Positions 21,615 to 31,262 of a stretch of DNA of 64,000 bases are shown here, in pieces. The notes beneath the pieces are model-generated. The model did not search any database and was not told the origin of the DNA. It saw only the letters and a list, made by a program, of their open reading frames with translations. This stretch comes from Myxococcota bacterium (lineage in GTDB: Bacteria; Myxococcota_A; UBA9160; UBA4427), in the NCBI GenBank assembly GCA_046583195.1, contig JAYGCV010000010.1:11068-75067 (forward strand), given 5' to 3'. A program made the position numbers and the translations under genes. How positions within the stretch are numbered: the first letter of the stretch is position 1; each line of letters starts with the position of its first letter.

Positions 21615-23188
21615 GTGCGTGCTACCTTGCGTGGATGCGGGGGGCGAGTGCCGCACGGGGCACACGGGTATTTGTGTGGGTCTTCTCGGCGGCCGCGTTC
21701 GCGGCCTTCGGTTGTGGTACCGGCGATTGCGGTCCCCCGAGTTCCGGCGACGCTCGGGCGCCGAACATTCTCTGGGTCGTCTGGGATACGGTGCGGGCGG
21801 ATCGGATGAGCCTCTACGGCCACTCTGTCGAGACGACGCCGGAGCTCGACCGCTGGGCCCGCGGCGCGCGGGTCTACCGGGACGTGGTATCGGCGGCGAG
21901 CACCACCGAGCCGGCTCACGCCTCGATGTTCACCGGGCTCTACCCGTCGCAGCACGGAACCGACGCCGACCACCGCTGGCTCTCGGAAGACTTCGACACC
22001 CTGGCCGAACGGCTCAGCAGCGCGGGCTACCGCACCTACCTGTGGTCGGCGAATCCCAGTATTTCCGCCGACGAGAACTTCCACCAGGGCTTTGATCGCG
22101 TCGAGCATCCGTGGGACGAGCACTACCGCACGGCGGCGCGCTGGGTGGTCGAACGCAAGGTGGCGGACGACCGCAGCAGCGAATTGCATCGACGGCTTGC
22201 GCGCGGGAGCGCCGGGCCCTGGGCGATCAAGGCCGCCGGTGAGTTGGTCGCGGGGGCCCTGGAGCGCTGGCTCGGGGACTCGTCGTCAGACCAACCCTGG
22301 TTTGCGGTCCTCAACTACATGGAGGCGCATCGCCCGCTGGTGCCCGAGCGACACTTTCGCGAGCGCGTGATGCCGCCGGAGATGGTCGAGCATTCCTACG
22401 CCGTCGACCGGACCTGGATCGGCATGTGGGAATACACCACGGGGCTTCGTGATCTCGACGCCCGCGATCTCCGCGCCATCCAGGGGACCTACGATGCCGC
22501 GATCCTCGAACTCGATGGGCTCTTTGCCGATCTGCTCGACTCGCTCGAAGCCCACGGCGATCTCGAGAACACCATGGTGATCCTGACCGCCGACCACGGC
22601 GAACTGCTCGGCGAGAACCATATGCTCGACCACCAGTTCTCACTCCACGGCGCGCTGGTTCGCATTCCCCTCGTGATCCACTTTCCAGCCCGCTTCGAGC
22701 CCGGCGTCGAAACCAGGCCAGTTAGCAATATGGATCTCTACCCGACGTTGCTCGAAGTCGCGGGAGTCGAAGCCGGCGCGTCGAATTCGAAGGCCGTGAG
22801 CCTGCTCAACCCGCCTCCGCAGCGCGCGCGTCTGGCCGAGTACACCGCCGCCAACCTGCGGACCCTGCGTACGCTGGCCGAGGTCCATCCCGAGTTCGAT
22901 CCTGCGCCCTTTGGGCGCACGCTGAAGGCGCTCTACGTAGAGGGATGGAAGCTGCTGCGCTCCTCGGAGGGCGAGTTCGAACTCTTCGACCTCGAAGCCG
23001 ACCCGTCTGAAGAGGTCGACGTGTTCGCACGAGAGACCGAGCGGGGCAGGGTGCTGCAGCAGCGCCTCGAGGCCCTGGTGGTCGAACTCGGGAGCGCCCC
23101 GACAAGAAGCCCCGAAGGGCTCCTGGCCCCCACCGCCGAGAAGCGCGAGATGCTCGAGAGCCTCGGCTACCTGGCTCCGGAGAAATAG
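21611..23188 (+). CDS. Sulfatase-fold lipoprotein, Thr-type motif (paralog S3)
   Basis: GTG 21611 overlaps the G3 stop (GTGA). Motifs: signal peptide with AAFGC; WDTVRADR; ASTTEPAHASMFTG (T99 at 21905-21907); LTADHGE; GWKLL...ELFDLEADPSE; ends MLESLGYLAPEK*. Confidence 0.82.
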   Translation: MSACYLAWMRGASAARGTRVFVWVFSAAAFAAFGCGTGDCGPPSSGDARAPNILWVVWDTVRADRMSLYGHSVETTPELDRWARGARVYRDVVSAASTTEPAHASMFTGLYPSQHGTDADHRWLSEDFDTLAERLSSAGYRTYLWSANPSISADENFHQGFDRVEHPWDEHYRTAARWVVERKVADDRSSELHRRLARGSAGPWAIKAAGELVAGALERWLGDSSSDQPWFAVLNYMEAHRPLVPERHFRERVMPPEMVEHSYAVDRTWIGMWEYTTGLRDLDARDLRAIQGTYDAAILELDGLFADLLDSLEAHGDLENTMVILTADHGELLGENHMLDHQFSLHGALVRIPLVIHFPARFEPGVETRPVSNMDLYPTLLEVAGVEAGASNSKAVSLLNPPPQRARLAEYTAANLRTLRTLAEVHPEFDPAPFGRTLKALYVEGWKLLRSSEGEFELFDLEADPSEEVDVFARETERGRVLQQRLEALVVELGSAPTRSPEGLLAPTAEKREMLESLGYLAPEK

Positions 23189-23190
23189 CC

Positions 23191-24696
23191 TTGCCGCAGC
23201 TTTCTGTCAGGCCGTGCCGATTCCAACGCTCGCATTCGCGGCGGCGTCGCGGCCGCGCCACGGCCGTCGCGTTCGTGCTCGCGGCCGGGCTGCTTTCGTG
23301 CGGAGGTGCGGACCGCGCGCCCTCGGCTACGGGGGCGAACGTCTTCGTAATCGTGATCGACGCGGCGTCCGCCTTCTACTTCGGGTTCCACGGCGACGTG
23401 CATGACACCAGTCCGAATTTCGACCGACTGGCAAGGGAGTCGGTGGTCTTTGAAAACGCCTACAGCCAGTCGGCGACCACTGTGCCCTCGACCGCGAGCC
23501 TCGTTACGGGGGTTCGGGTGATGACCCATCGACTCGATTCGTTCTCGGTTCTCCCCGAGGCGTTTCCGACCGTGGCGGAACTCTTTGCCGAGCAGGGTTA
23601 CCGGAGTTTCGCCTTCATCGGAAATCCACACGCCGGCGCGCCGGAACTCGGGCTCACCCGGGGCTATGACACGAGCGCACTGGTCTACGCAACAAAGGCG
23701 GGCCCGGAAACTTCCCCCGACGAGCGGAAGCGACTAATGCGCGTGCAGCCCGCGGATATGGAACGCTCGATTGCAGAGCTCCTCCCAGAGTTCGGGGCGG
23801 GCGGGACCTACGCCTACTTCCACTACCTGCAACCGCATAAACCCTACGACGCCCCAGCGTCCTACCTGCGCGACGATGGCGACAACTGCCTCTGCGAAGG
23901 CGAACCCTGCGCCTGTGGCGATGTGCCCTGGGACGCCATCCACGACGAATTCCTGAAGGCCAACGAAACCGGCGTGGCGACGCCGTCGGTGATTCATCAT
24001 CTCGAAGCGCGCTACCGGGCGAACATCCGCTTCGTTGACGAGGCGCTTGCGAGCCTCCTGGCAATGCTGCGTGAGCGCGGGCTCTACCAGGACGCGCTGA
24101 TCGTCGTCACCTCGGACCACGGCGACGCCTTCTTCGGTCACCAGCGATTCGGGCACAATCGCACGCTCTACGACGACATGGTGAGGGTCCCGCTGCTGAT
24201 GAAGTTTCCAGCGGGGGCCGGGGTGTTACCCCGGCGGATCCCGGCGCTCACCGAGACGGTCGATGTGATCCCGACGATCTTCGATTTCCTTGGTTTTCCG
24301 ATGTCGCCCGGGTGGGAGGGCGAGAGCTTGTGGCCTTTGATCTCGGAGGGCGGGGAAGTCATCGCGCCGGCACACCGCGAGGTCATTCTGGCGACGAACC
24401 GCCGCGACAAACAGGCCATTCGGGTCGACGATTACAAGTACATCGTTTCGATCGAGGGGCCGGAAGAACTCTACGACCTGAAGAACGACCCGGGCGAAAC
24501 GCGAAACCTCGCGCAGAAGAGTCCCCTACGCGTGGCAGAACTGCGTCGCCGCCTGCGGGCGGGGGTTTCGAACGCGAGGACAGAACCGGCTCGCGAGGCC
24601 AACGACCTGCGCAGCGATCCCGAGATGAACGCCCTGCTCGAAGCGCTCGGATACGTCGAAGGGCCTGCGCCGGGGCGGGCAGAGGCCGAGCGCTGA
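23191..24696 (+). CDS. Sulfatase-fold lipoprotein, divergent Thr-type motif (paralog S4)
   Basis: Starts 2 nt after the S3 stop (TTG). Motifs: Arg-rich n-region plus lipobox GLLSC; VIDAASA in place of DT[LV]RAD; SATTVPSTASLVTG (T97 at 23479-23481); VTSDHGD; DYKYI...ELYDLKNDPGETRNL; ends LLEALGYVEG...*. Confidence 0.8.
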   Translation: MPQLSVRPCRFQRSHSRRRRGRATAVAFVLAAGLLSCGGADRAPSATGANVFVIVIDAASAFYFGFHGDVHDTSPNFDRLARESVVFENAYSQSATTVPSTASLVTGVRVMTHRLDSFSVLPEAFPTVAELFAEQGYRSFAFIGNPHAGAPELGLTRGYDTSALVYATKAGPETSPDERKRLMRVQPADMERSIAELLPEFGAGGTYAYFHYLQPHKPYDAPASYLRDDGDNCLCEGEPCACGDVPWDAIHDEFLKANETGVATPSVIHHLEARYRANIRFVDEALASLLAMLRERGLYQDALIVVTSDHGDAFFGHQRFGHNRTLYDDMVRVPLLMKFPAGAGVLPRRIPALTETVDVIPTIFDFLGFPMSPGWEGESLWPLISEGGEVIAPAHREVILATNRRDKQAIRVDDYKYIVSIEGPEELYDLKNDPGETRNLAQKSPLRVAELRRRLRAGVSNARTEPAREANDLRSDPEMNALLEALGYVEGPAPGRAEAER

Positions 24697-26247
24697 TCAG
24701 AGGATGGCTTCGATCAGCGTGGGTCCGGAGGTCGACAGGGCGCGTTCGAGGGCCTGCTCGAAACCTTCAGCGTCGGTCACGCGCTCGGCGGGAACGCCGT
24801 AGCCACGCGCCAGCGCGCTCCAGTCGAGTTCCGGTTCGGTCAGCTGTGTGAGCGAACGCGAGGCGGCTCCCGGTTCGCTGATTCCGGCGCGGGCCATTTC
24901 GATCTGCAGGATGCGGTAGCTGCGATTCGAAAAGAGCACGACGGTGACATCGAGGGATTCGCGCGCCAGGGTGAAGAGGGCCTGCAGCGTGTACTGGGCG
25001 CTGCCGTCCGCCTGCAGCGAGAGCACCCGCCGGTCGGGACAGGCGAGGGCGGCTCCGGCGGCGCAGGGAAGCCCCTGGCCGATGGCGCCGCCCGTCAGCG
25101 TGAGGACGCTGTGGTGTGGGCCACGGGCGGTGGCCGCGTAGAAGGGCAGGCCGCTGGTGGCGGCTTCGTCGATCACGATCGCGTTCTCGGGAAGGCAGCG
25201 CGCGATCGCTGCCGACAGGGCCACCGGATCCAGGGAGCTGCCCGCCCCAGCGGCGACGGGCGCTGAAGGCGGAGGCCCCGGACCCCCGTAGGCAGCGGCC
25301 CCGACCTCGTCCGCCAGCGCCTCGAGGGCGGCCGCCGACCCGAGTTGGGGTTCCGAGAGGAGCACCGGAGCCGCCGCCGGGGCCAATTCCGACGCCTGCC
25401 CCGGGTAGCCGAAGAAGGCCACCGGTGCGCGTGCACCCGCGAGGATCAAGAGGTCGAGATCGGCCAGGGCTTCGCGCGCGGCTTCGGGGAAGTAGGGCAG
25501 GCGCTCGAACGCGGGGAGGTCGCCGCCGCGTTCCCAGCGAGCCGGGAAGGTCTCGATCCAGAGCTTTGCGCCGACCGCGCTGGCGATTCTCGCCGCGGCC
25601 CGCTGGGCGTCGGCACCGAGGGCGTCGCTTCCCAGCAACAGCCCACAGCGAGAACTCGCTCGCAGGCGACGCGCGACCTCGAGAATTCGTTCGTCCGTCA
25701 CGCGGGGGGCCGAGGCCGCCGTGATCGGCGGGGCCGGGGGCGGCCCTTCTCCCCACTGCACGTCGGCGGGAATCACGAGGCTGGCGACGCCGCCCCCGGC
25801 GGCCTTGGATGCCGCGATGGCCTCCGCGGTGTCGGTGCCGAGGTCGCCCGGTGCGCGGCAGTGGCGGAACCAGGTCGAGACCGGGCGCGCCAGCGATTCG
25901 ATGTCGGAGTGCAGCGGGGAGTCGAAAGCGGCGTGGGCGCGGGTGTGGTCCCCGATGAGGTTCACCACCGGGGTGCGGGCGCGGCGGGCGTTGTGCAGGT
26001 TGGCAATCGAATTCGCGAAGCCCGGCCCGAGGTGGAGCAGGGTCATGGCCGGCTGGCGCCGCATGCGGCCCCAACCGTCGGCGCAGCCGCTGCAAACCCC
26101 CTCGAAGAGTCCGAGGACCGGGCGGATGCCCGGACTGCGGTCGAGCGCTGCGACCAGCGGCATTTCGGTGGTTCCGGGGTTCGCGAAGCAGATCTCGACG
26201 CCGCTCGCGAGGGCGGTTTCGAGCAGAGAATCGGCGGCAGTCGGCAC
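24697..26247 (-). CDS. Thiamine-pyrophosphate-dependent enzyme (acetolactate synthase / benzoylformate decarboxylase family)
   Basis: N-terminal TPP pyrimidine-binding region ICFANPGTTEMPLV...GCADGWGR. C-terminal TPP diphosphate-binding region GAIGQGLPCAAGAALA...LQADGSAQYT...NRSY. Convergent with S4; the two stop codons abut (TGATCA). Confidence 0.8.
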   Translation of the reverse strand: MPTAADSLLETALASGVEICFANPGTTEMPLVAALDRSPGIRPVLGLFEGVCSGCADGWGRMRRQPAMTLLHLGPGFANSIANLHNARRARTPVVNLIGDHTRAHAAFDSPLHSDIESLARPVSTWFRHCRAPGDLGTDTAEAIAASKAAGGGVASLVIPADVQWGEGPPPAPPITAASAPRVTDERILEVARRLRASSRCGLLLGSDALGADAQRAAARIASAVGAKLWIETFPARWERGGDLPAFERLPYFPEAAREALADLDLLILAGARAPVAFFGYPGQASELAPAAAPVLLSEPQLGSAAALEALADEVGAAAYGGPGPPPSAPVAAGAGSSLDPVALSAAIARCLPENAIVIDEAATSGLPFYAATARGPHHSVLTLTGGAIGQGLPCAAGAALACPDRRVLSLQADGSAQYTLQALFTLARESLDVTVVLFSNRSYRILQIEMARAGISEPGAASRSLTQLTEPELDWSALARGYGVPAERVTDAEGFEQALERALSTSGPTLIEAIL

Positions 26248-26509
26248 GGGCGGGTTCCCATTTGGAGAGAGCGAGCGGCGGGCCAGAGTCTAGCGGCCCG
26301 CGGGGACCGATTGGTTCGGGGCGGCCCGGCATCGGGGTGGACTTTTACGGGTCGGACGCCTAGTTTCCTCGCCGCAGAGGGAAGGGGGGCCGTCGCGCGC
26401 ACTGCGTGCACCCCTTCGTCGACCCCCTGAACGATTTTCAGCCCGGGTGCCGGCGGGAGGACAAAATGCGTCCCTCCCGAATTCGCGTACCCGCCACGGG
26501 GAGATTTTG

Positions 26510-28573
26510 ATGGCGACTACAGCCGCTTCCTTCATCGCCGCTCTGGTAGCTCTGGCGATGGGGTTTTATTACTACAGGCGGGTCCTGTCCGCGCCGACTT
26601 CGACCGATCGCGCGAACGAGGTCGCCGAAGCGATCCGCGCGGGGGCGTCGGCCTTCCTGAACCGTCAGTACCGCACGATCGCCATCGTCGGCGTGCCGAT
26701 TCTGGGAATCGTCTGGCTGGCCCTCGGGCCTTGGTACGCGGGCGGCTTCATCCTCGGCGCGCTTGCCAGCGCCGCGGCCGGCTTCATCGGCATGAACGTC
26801 TCGGTGCGCGCGAACGTGCGCGTGGCGCGGGCGGCGCAAGATGGGTTCGGACCGGCCTTCGGTCTCGCCTTCCAGGGCGGCGCCGTCACCGGCCTGATGG
26901 TGGTCGGCCTCGGCCTGCTCTCGCTGGCCGTGATCGTCACGGTGATGGACGCCTGCGGCTACCACAAGCCCGACGCCCTGATCGGGTTGGCCTTCGGTGG
27001 CTCGCTGATCTCGGTTTTCGCCCGCCTGGGGGGCGGCATCTTCACCAAGGGCGCCGACGTCGGAGCCGACCTTGTTGGCAAGGTCGAGGCGAACATTCCC
27101 GAGGACGATCCGCGCAACCCGGCGGTGATCGCCGACAACGTGGGCGACAACGTGGGGGACTGCGCGGGCATGGCCGCGGACCTCTTCGAGACCTACTGCG
27201 TCACGGCCGCGGCCGTGATGCTGCTCTCGCACATCGTTTTTCCCGGAAACATGGGCATGTTCCTGTACCCGTTGGCCGTGGGTGCGGCGGGCATCGTGGG
27301 GTCGCTGGTGGCCCTGCCCTTCGTGCGCATTAGTGAGCCCGCGGCCGGCGAGCAGCCGGCGGTGATGAAGGCGATGTACATCGGTCTGGGGATTGCCGTT
27401 GGCGTGACCCTCCTGCTGCTCCTTGGCATTCACATGAACCTCGAGATCCCGAGCGTGGATTCCCTCGGCAACGCCGTCTCCGGATCGGCCCTCTGGTTCT
27501 GCGCCGCGGCGGGCGCCGCCGTGACCGGCGTCATGCTCTGGATCACCGACGTCTACACCGGCGACGGTTCGCGTTTTGTCGATCGCATCGCAAAGGCGAG
27601 CGAGGGCGGTCACGGTACCAACGTGATCAGCGGGCTCGCCGTCGGGATGCAGGCCACCGTCGTGCCCGTCGTGGTGATCGTGATTACGATCCTCTTCTGC
27701 CACTCGGTAGCGGGCCTCTACGGCATCGGAATTGCGGCCATGAGCATGCTGTCGCTCGCCGGGATCATCGTCTCCATCGACGCCTACGGCCCCATTACGG
27801 ACAACGCCGGCGGCATCGCCCAGATGGCCGAACTCGGCGAAGACGTTCGCAATGTTACCGATCCCCTCGATGCCTTCGGCAATACGACGAAGGCGGTGAC
27901 CAAGGGCTACGCCATCGCTTCGGCTGGCCTCGCGGCGGTGGTGCTCTTCGCTACCTACATCGAAGACCTGAATCGGGTCGGCGGTCTCGACGTCTCCTTT
28001 GACCTGTCGAATACCGCCGTGCTCGCCGGTCTCTTCATCGGAGCCATGCTGCCCTTCATCTTCGCCTCTCTGGCGATGAATGCGGTGGCCGAGGCCGCGA
28101 AGTCGGTGGTGGATGAGGTGCGGCGCCAGTTCCGGGAGATCCCGGGAATCATGGAAGGCACCGCGAAGCCCGACTACCGCACCTGCGTCGATATCGTGAC
28201 CAAGGCCGCGCTGCGCCAGATGATCCTGCCGGCCCTGATTCCGGCGCTTGCGCCCCTGGTCGTGGGGCTTTTGCCTGCGCTCTTCGGGTACGGGGTGATC
28301 GGTGCCCAGGCCCTCGGTGGCATGCTGATCGGTTCGATCGTCTCGGGCGTTTGCGTGGCGCTCTCGATGACGACCGGCGGCGCCGCCTGGGACAACGCGA
28401 AGAAGTACATCGAGATGGGGCAGTACGGCGGCAAGGGTTCGGAGGCGCACAAGGCCGCCGTGACCGGCGACACCGTGGGCGACCCCTACAAGGATACAGC
28501 AGGTCCGGCGATCAACCCGATGCTCAAGCTCATCAACATCGTCGCGCTGCTGATCATCCCGTTCTTGTCCTAG
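26510..28573 (+). CDS. hppA: Membrane-bound proton-translocating pyrophosphatase, K+-independent type
   Basis: Motifs: [78 protein letters not shown] carries the Lys associated with K+-independent enzymes. ATG 26510 gives the canonical hydrophobic N-terminus. Confidence 0.95.
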   Translation: MATTAASFIAALVALAMGFYYYRRVLSAPTSTDRANEVAEAIRAGASAFLNRQYRTIAIVGVPILGIVWLALGPWYAGGFILGALASAAAGFIGMNVSVRANVRVARAAQDGFGPAFGLAFQGGAVTGLMVVGLGLLSLAVIVTVMDACGYHKPDALIGLAFGGSLISVFARLGGGIFTKGADVGADLVGKVEANIPEDDPRNPAVIADNVGDNVGDCAGMAADLFETYCVTAAAVMLLSHIVFPGNMGMFLYPLAVGAAGIVGSLVALPFVRISEPAAGEQPAVMKAMYIGLGIAVGVTLLLLLGIHMNLEIPSVDSLGNAVSGSALWFCAAAGAAVTGVMLWITDVYTGDGSRFVDRIAKASEGGHGTNVISGLAVGMQATVVPVVVIVITILFCHSVAGLYGIGIAAMSMLSLAGIIVSIDAYGPITDNAGGIAQMAELGEDVRNVTDPLDAFGNTTKAVTKGYAIASAGLAAVVLFATYIEDLNRVGGLDVSFDLSNTAVLAGLFIGAMLPFIFASLAMNAVAEAAKSVVDEVRRQFREIPGIMEGTAKPDYRTCVDIVTKAALRQMILPALIPALAPLVVGLLPALFGYGVIGAQALGGMLIGSIVSGVCVALSMTTGGAAWDNAKKYIEMGQYGGKGSEAHKAAVTGDTVGDPYKDTAGPAINPMLKLINIVALLIIPFLS

Positions 28574-28585
28574 GGCGAATCGACC

Positions 28586-28607
28586 CACCACGCTCCCGAG
28601 CGTGGTG
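28586..28607 (+). terminator. Stem-loop after hppA
   Basis: CACCACGCT (28586-28594) pairs with AGCGTGGTG (28599-28607) around loop CCCG, a perfect 9-bp stem. There is no U-tract, so it may only be a stabiliser or attenuator. Confidence 0.3.
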
Positions 28608-28620
28608 AGGGAGGGCCCCG

Positions 28621-29952
28621 GTGGAGGCTCACCCGCGCGACCGGCTGAAACGTGAACTGACGCTGACCGACACGACCTTCCTGGTCGTGGCCTCGGTGAT
28701 CGGCGCGGGGATCTTTTTCACGCCCGGGCAGGTGGCGGCGCTGCTGCCGAGCCCGGGGTGGATCTTCGCAGCCTGGGGCTTCGGCGCCCTGATCTCACTC
28801 GCCGGCGCGCTCACCAACGCCGAACTCGGTGCCATGTATCCCCGCGCCGGGGGCGACTACGTCTTTTTGCGCGAGGCCTTCCATCCGCTGGCGGGCTTCT
28901 TGGTGGGCTGGCTCACCTTCTTTGCGATCTACGCCGGGTCGATCGCTGCGCTCGCAGCCGCCTTCGGGGCCGGGCTCTCAGAGGCCCTGGGATGGGAAGG
29001 CCGCGGTTCCCTGGCGATCGCCGTTGGGGTGACGGTTCTCGTTTCCGGGGCGAATTACGTGGGCGTGCGCTGGGGGGCCCGTGCAAACAACCTGACTTCC
29101 GTGCTCAAGATCGCGGCGCTGGCAGCCTTCGTGATCCTGGGCCCCAGTGTCGGCGTCGGGGACCCCGCGCGCTTCTTCGCGGCGGCGGCCGGACCGATCA
29201 CGATTACCGCCTTCGCGCTGGCAATGTCGCCGGTGCTCTTTAGCTACCTCGGCTGGAACGCCTCGCTCTACGTGGGGAGCGAAATCCGGGACCCGGGTCG
29301 CAACCTGCCTCGGAGTCTCTTCCTGGGGTTGTTCCTGTGCGCGGTGCTCTACCCGGCGATCAACGCGGTCTACCTCTACGCCATTCCGATGGAGGTCCTG
29401 CGCGGCAGTCCCGACGCCGGCCGGGCGGCTGCGGGATTCCTCTTTGGACCCATCGCGGGAGGGCTGGTCGGAACCTTCGTGCTGGTATCCATTCTCGGGA
29501 CGCTCAACGCGACGGTGCTCGTGGGTCCGCGCATCGCCTACGCGATGGGTCTCGACGGGCTCTTCCTGCCGGGAGCGGATACCGTGCACCCCCGCTTCGG
29601 AACCCCCGCCCGCGCGATCGTCTTGCAGGGTGCGGTGGCGGTGGCGGTGTTGCTCCTCCTGCGTTCGTTCCCGGCGGTTCTCGATTTCACGATCTTCGCG
29701 ATCCTGTTGGCGGCACTCGCGGACGTGGCGGCGCTTTTGCGCCTGCGCCGGACGCAGCCGGACCGCCCGCGACCCTACAAAGCCTGGGGTTTCCCGCTGA
29801 CGCCGCTCTTCTACGCGGCTTCGATGGCCGGTGTTGCCGGCGTGATGCTCGTCGAGCGGAGTCTCGAGAGCTTCGTGGCGATCGTCGCAATGCTGGCAGG
29901 GATCCCGTTCTACCGGCTCTTCCGGAGGCGAAGCTTCGCCACGCGTCCGTGA
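28621..29952 (+). CDS. APC-family amino acid permease
   Basis: About 12 TM segments. N-terminal signature VVASVIGAGIFFTPG, and NAELGAMYPRAGGDYVF typical of the APC/LAT family. Confidence 0.85.
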   Translation: MEAHPRDRLKRELTLTDTTFLVVASVIGAGIFFTPGQVAALLPSPGWIFAAWGFGALISLAGALTNAELGAMYPRAGGDYVFLREAFHPLAGFLVGWLTFFAIYAGSIAALAAAFGAGLSEALGWEGRGSLAIAVGVTVLVSGANYVGVRWGARANNLTSVLKIAALAAFVILGPSVGVGDPARFFAAAAGPITITAFALAMSPVLFSYLGWNASLYVGSEIRDPGRNLPRSLFLGLFLCAVLYPAINAVYLYAIPMEVLRGSPDAGRAAAGFLFGPIAGGLVGTFVLVSILGTLNATVLVGPRIAYAMGLDGLFLPGADTVHPRFGTPARAIVLQGAVAVAVLLLLRSFPAVLDFTIFAILLAALADVAALLRLRRTQPDRPRPYKAWGFPLTPLFYAASMAGVAGVMLVERSLESFVAIVAMLAGIPFYRLFRRRSFATRP

Positions 29953-30045
29953 GAGGGTTCGTACGGGCGCTGGGGCCGACGCCTCCGTACAATGGGCCCT
30001 CCGGCGCGTCCTCGAAGGCGGGCTTGGACGTGAAAGGCGAGCTGC

Positions 30046-31239
30046 GTGCAGCACGATTTCAACAAGCTCAATCGATTGCCGCCCTACAGCCTCGGGGAGG
30101 TGATCGAGTTGATGCGCGCGGCGCGTCGGCGCGGCGAGGACATCATCGACCTCGGGATGGGCAACCCTGATCTCCCGACTCCCGACTTTGTCGTCGAGAA
30201 GATCTGCGAGGCGGCGCGCAACCCGAAGAACCACCGCTACTCGCAATCGCGCGGCATTCCGAACCTGCGCGCCGCGGTCTGCGAATGGTACGAGCGCCGG
30301 TATGCGGTGGATCTCGACCCCGAGTCCGAGGCGATTGCGATCATCGGTGCCAAGGAGGGGCTCTCGCACTTCGTCCTCATGACCATCGGGCCCGGCGACG
30401 TGGTGCTGTGCCAGAATCCCGCGTACCCCATCCACCAGTTCTCGGTGATCATCGCCGGCGGCGACCTTCGGCACGTTCCGCTGACGCCGGATTCGGACTT
30501 CGTAGAGAATCTCGAGGCCGCTTTTCACCGCACCTGGCCGCGCCCGAAGATGCTGATCCTTTCTTTTCCCGCGAACCCGACCGCACAGGTCGTGGATCGG
30601 AGTTTCTTCGAGCGCGTCGTGGCCTTCGCGAGCGAGAACGACCTGATGATTCTCCACGATTTCGCCTACGCCGAGATCGCCTTTGACGGCTACAAGCCTC
30701 CTAGCTTGCTGGAGATTCCGGGTGCGAAAGAAATTGCCATCGAATTCGTCTCGCTCTCGAAGAGCCACTCGATGGCGGGCTGGCGGGTCGGCTTCGCTTG
30801 CGGAAACCGGCAGATGATCCACGCGCTCACGCGGATCAAGAGCTACCTCGACTATGGCATGCCCCAGGCGATCCAGATCGGTGCAATTTCGGCGCTGCGC
30901 GGGCCCCAGGATTGTGTCGCAGAGAACGTCGAGATCTACCGGGAGCGCCGGGACGCGCTGGTCGATGGGCTGGGCCAGGAGGGACCCGGGCGCTGGAAGA
31001 TCGAGAAGCCGCTGGCGACGATGTTCGTCTGGGCGCCGATTCCAGAGCCCTTCACGGCGATGGGTTCGCTCGAGTTCTCGAAGCGACTGTTGGCCGAAGC
31101 GGGGGTCGCCGTTTCGGCGGGCATCGGCTTCGGGGAATACGGCGAGGGATTTGTACGCTTCGCCCTGGTCGAGAACAAACACAGGATCCGCCAGGCGGTT
31201 CGCGGAATCCGAAAGTTCCTGAGGGAAGGGGGCGCCTGA
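30046..31239 (+). CDS. Class I/II PLP-dependent aminotransferase (AlaC/AspC-like)
   Basis: GTG start. Motifs: LPPYSLGEV...[26 protein letters not shown], and PLP-lysine box [14 protein letters not shown]. It lies immediately upstream of hom. Confidence 0.88.
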   Translation: MQHDFNKLNRLPPYSLGEVIELMRAARRRGEDIIDLGMGNPDLPTPDFVVEKICEAARNPKNHRYSQSRGIPNLRAAVCEWYERRYAVDLDPESEAIAIIGAKEGLSHFVLMTIGPGDVVLCQNPAYPIHQFSVIIAGGDLRHVPLTPDSDFVENLEAAFHRTWPRPKMLILSFPANPTAQVVDRSFFERVVAFASENDLMILHDFAYAEIAFDGYKPPSLLEIPGAKEIAIEFVSLSKSHSMAGWRVGFACGNRQMIHALTRIKSYLDYGMPQAIQIGAISALRGPQDCVAENVEIYRERRDALVDGLGQEGPGRWKIEKPLATMFVWAPIPEPFTAMGSLEFSKRLLAEAGVAVSAGIGFGEYGEGFVRFALVENKHRIRQAVRGIRKFLREGGA

Positions 31240-31262
31240 GTCGCCAGACTCGGCGAGCGTAT

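Noticed and set aside
13609-24696. Calling the four PF00884-like proteins genuine (aryl)sulfatases.
   Set aside because: None has the C/S-x-P-x-R formylglycine motif; all have T-x-P-x-H/T. No FGE or anSME maturase gene is present in the window. I kept them as sulfatase-fold / alkaline-phosphatase-superfamily proteins of unknown specificity.
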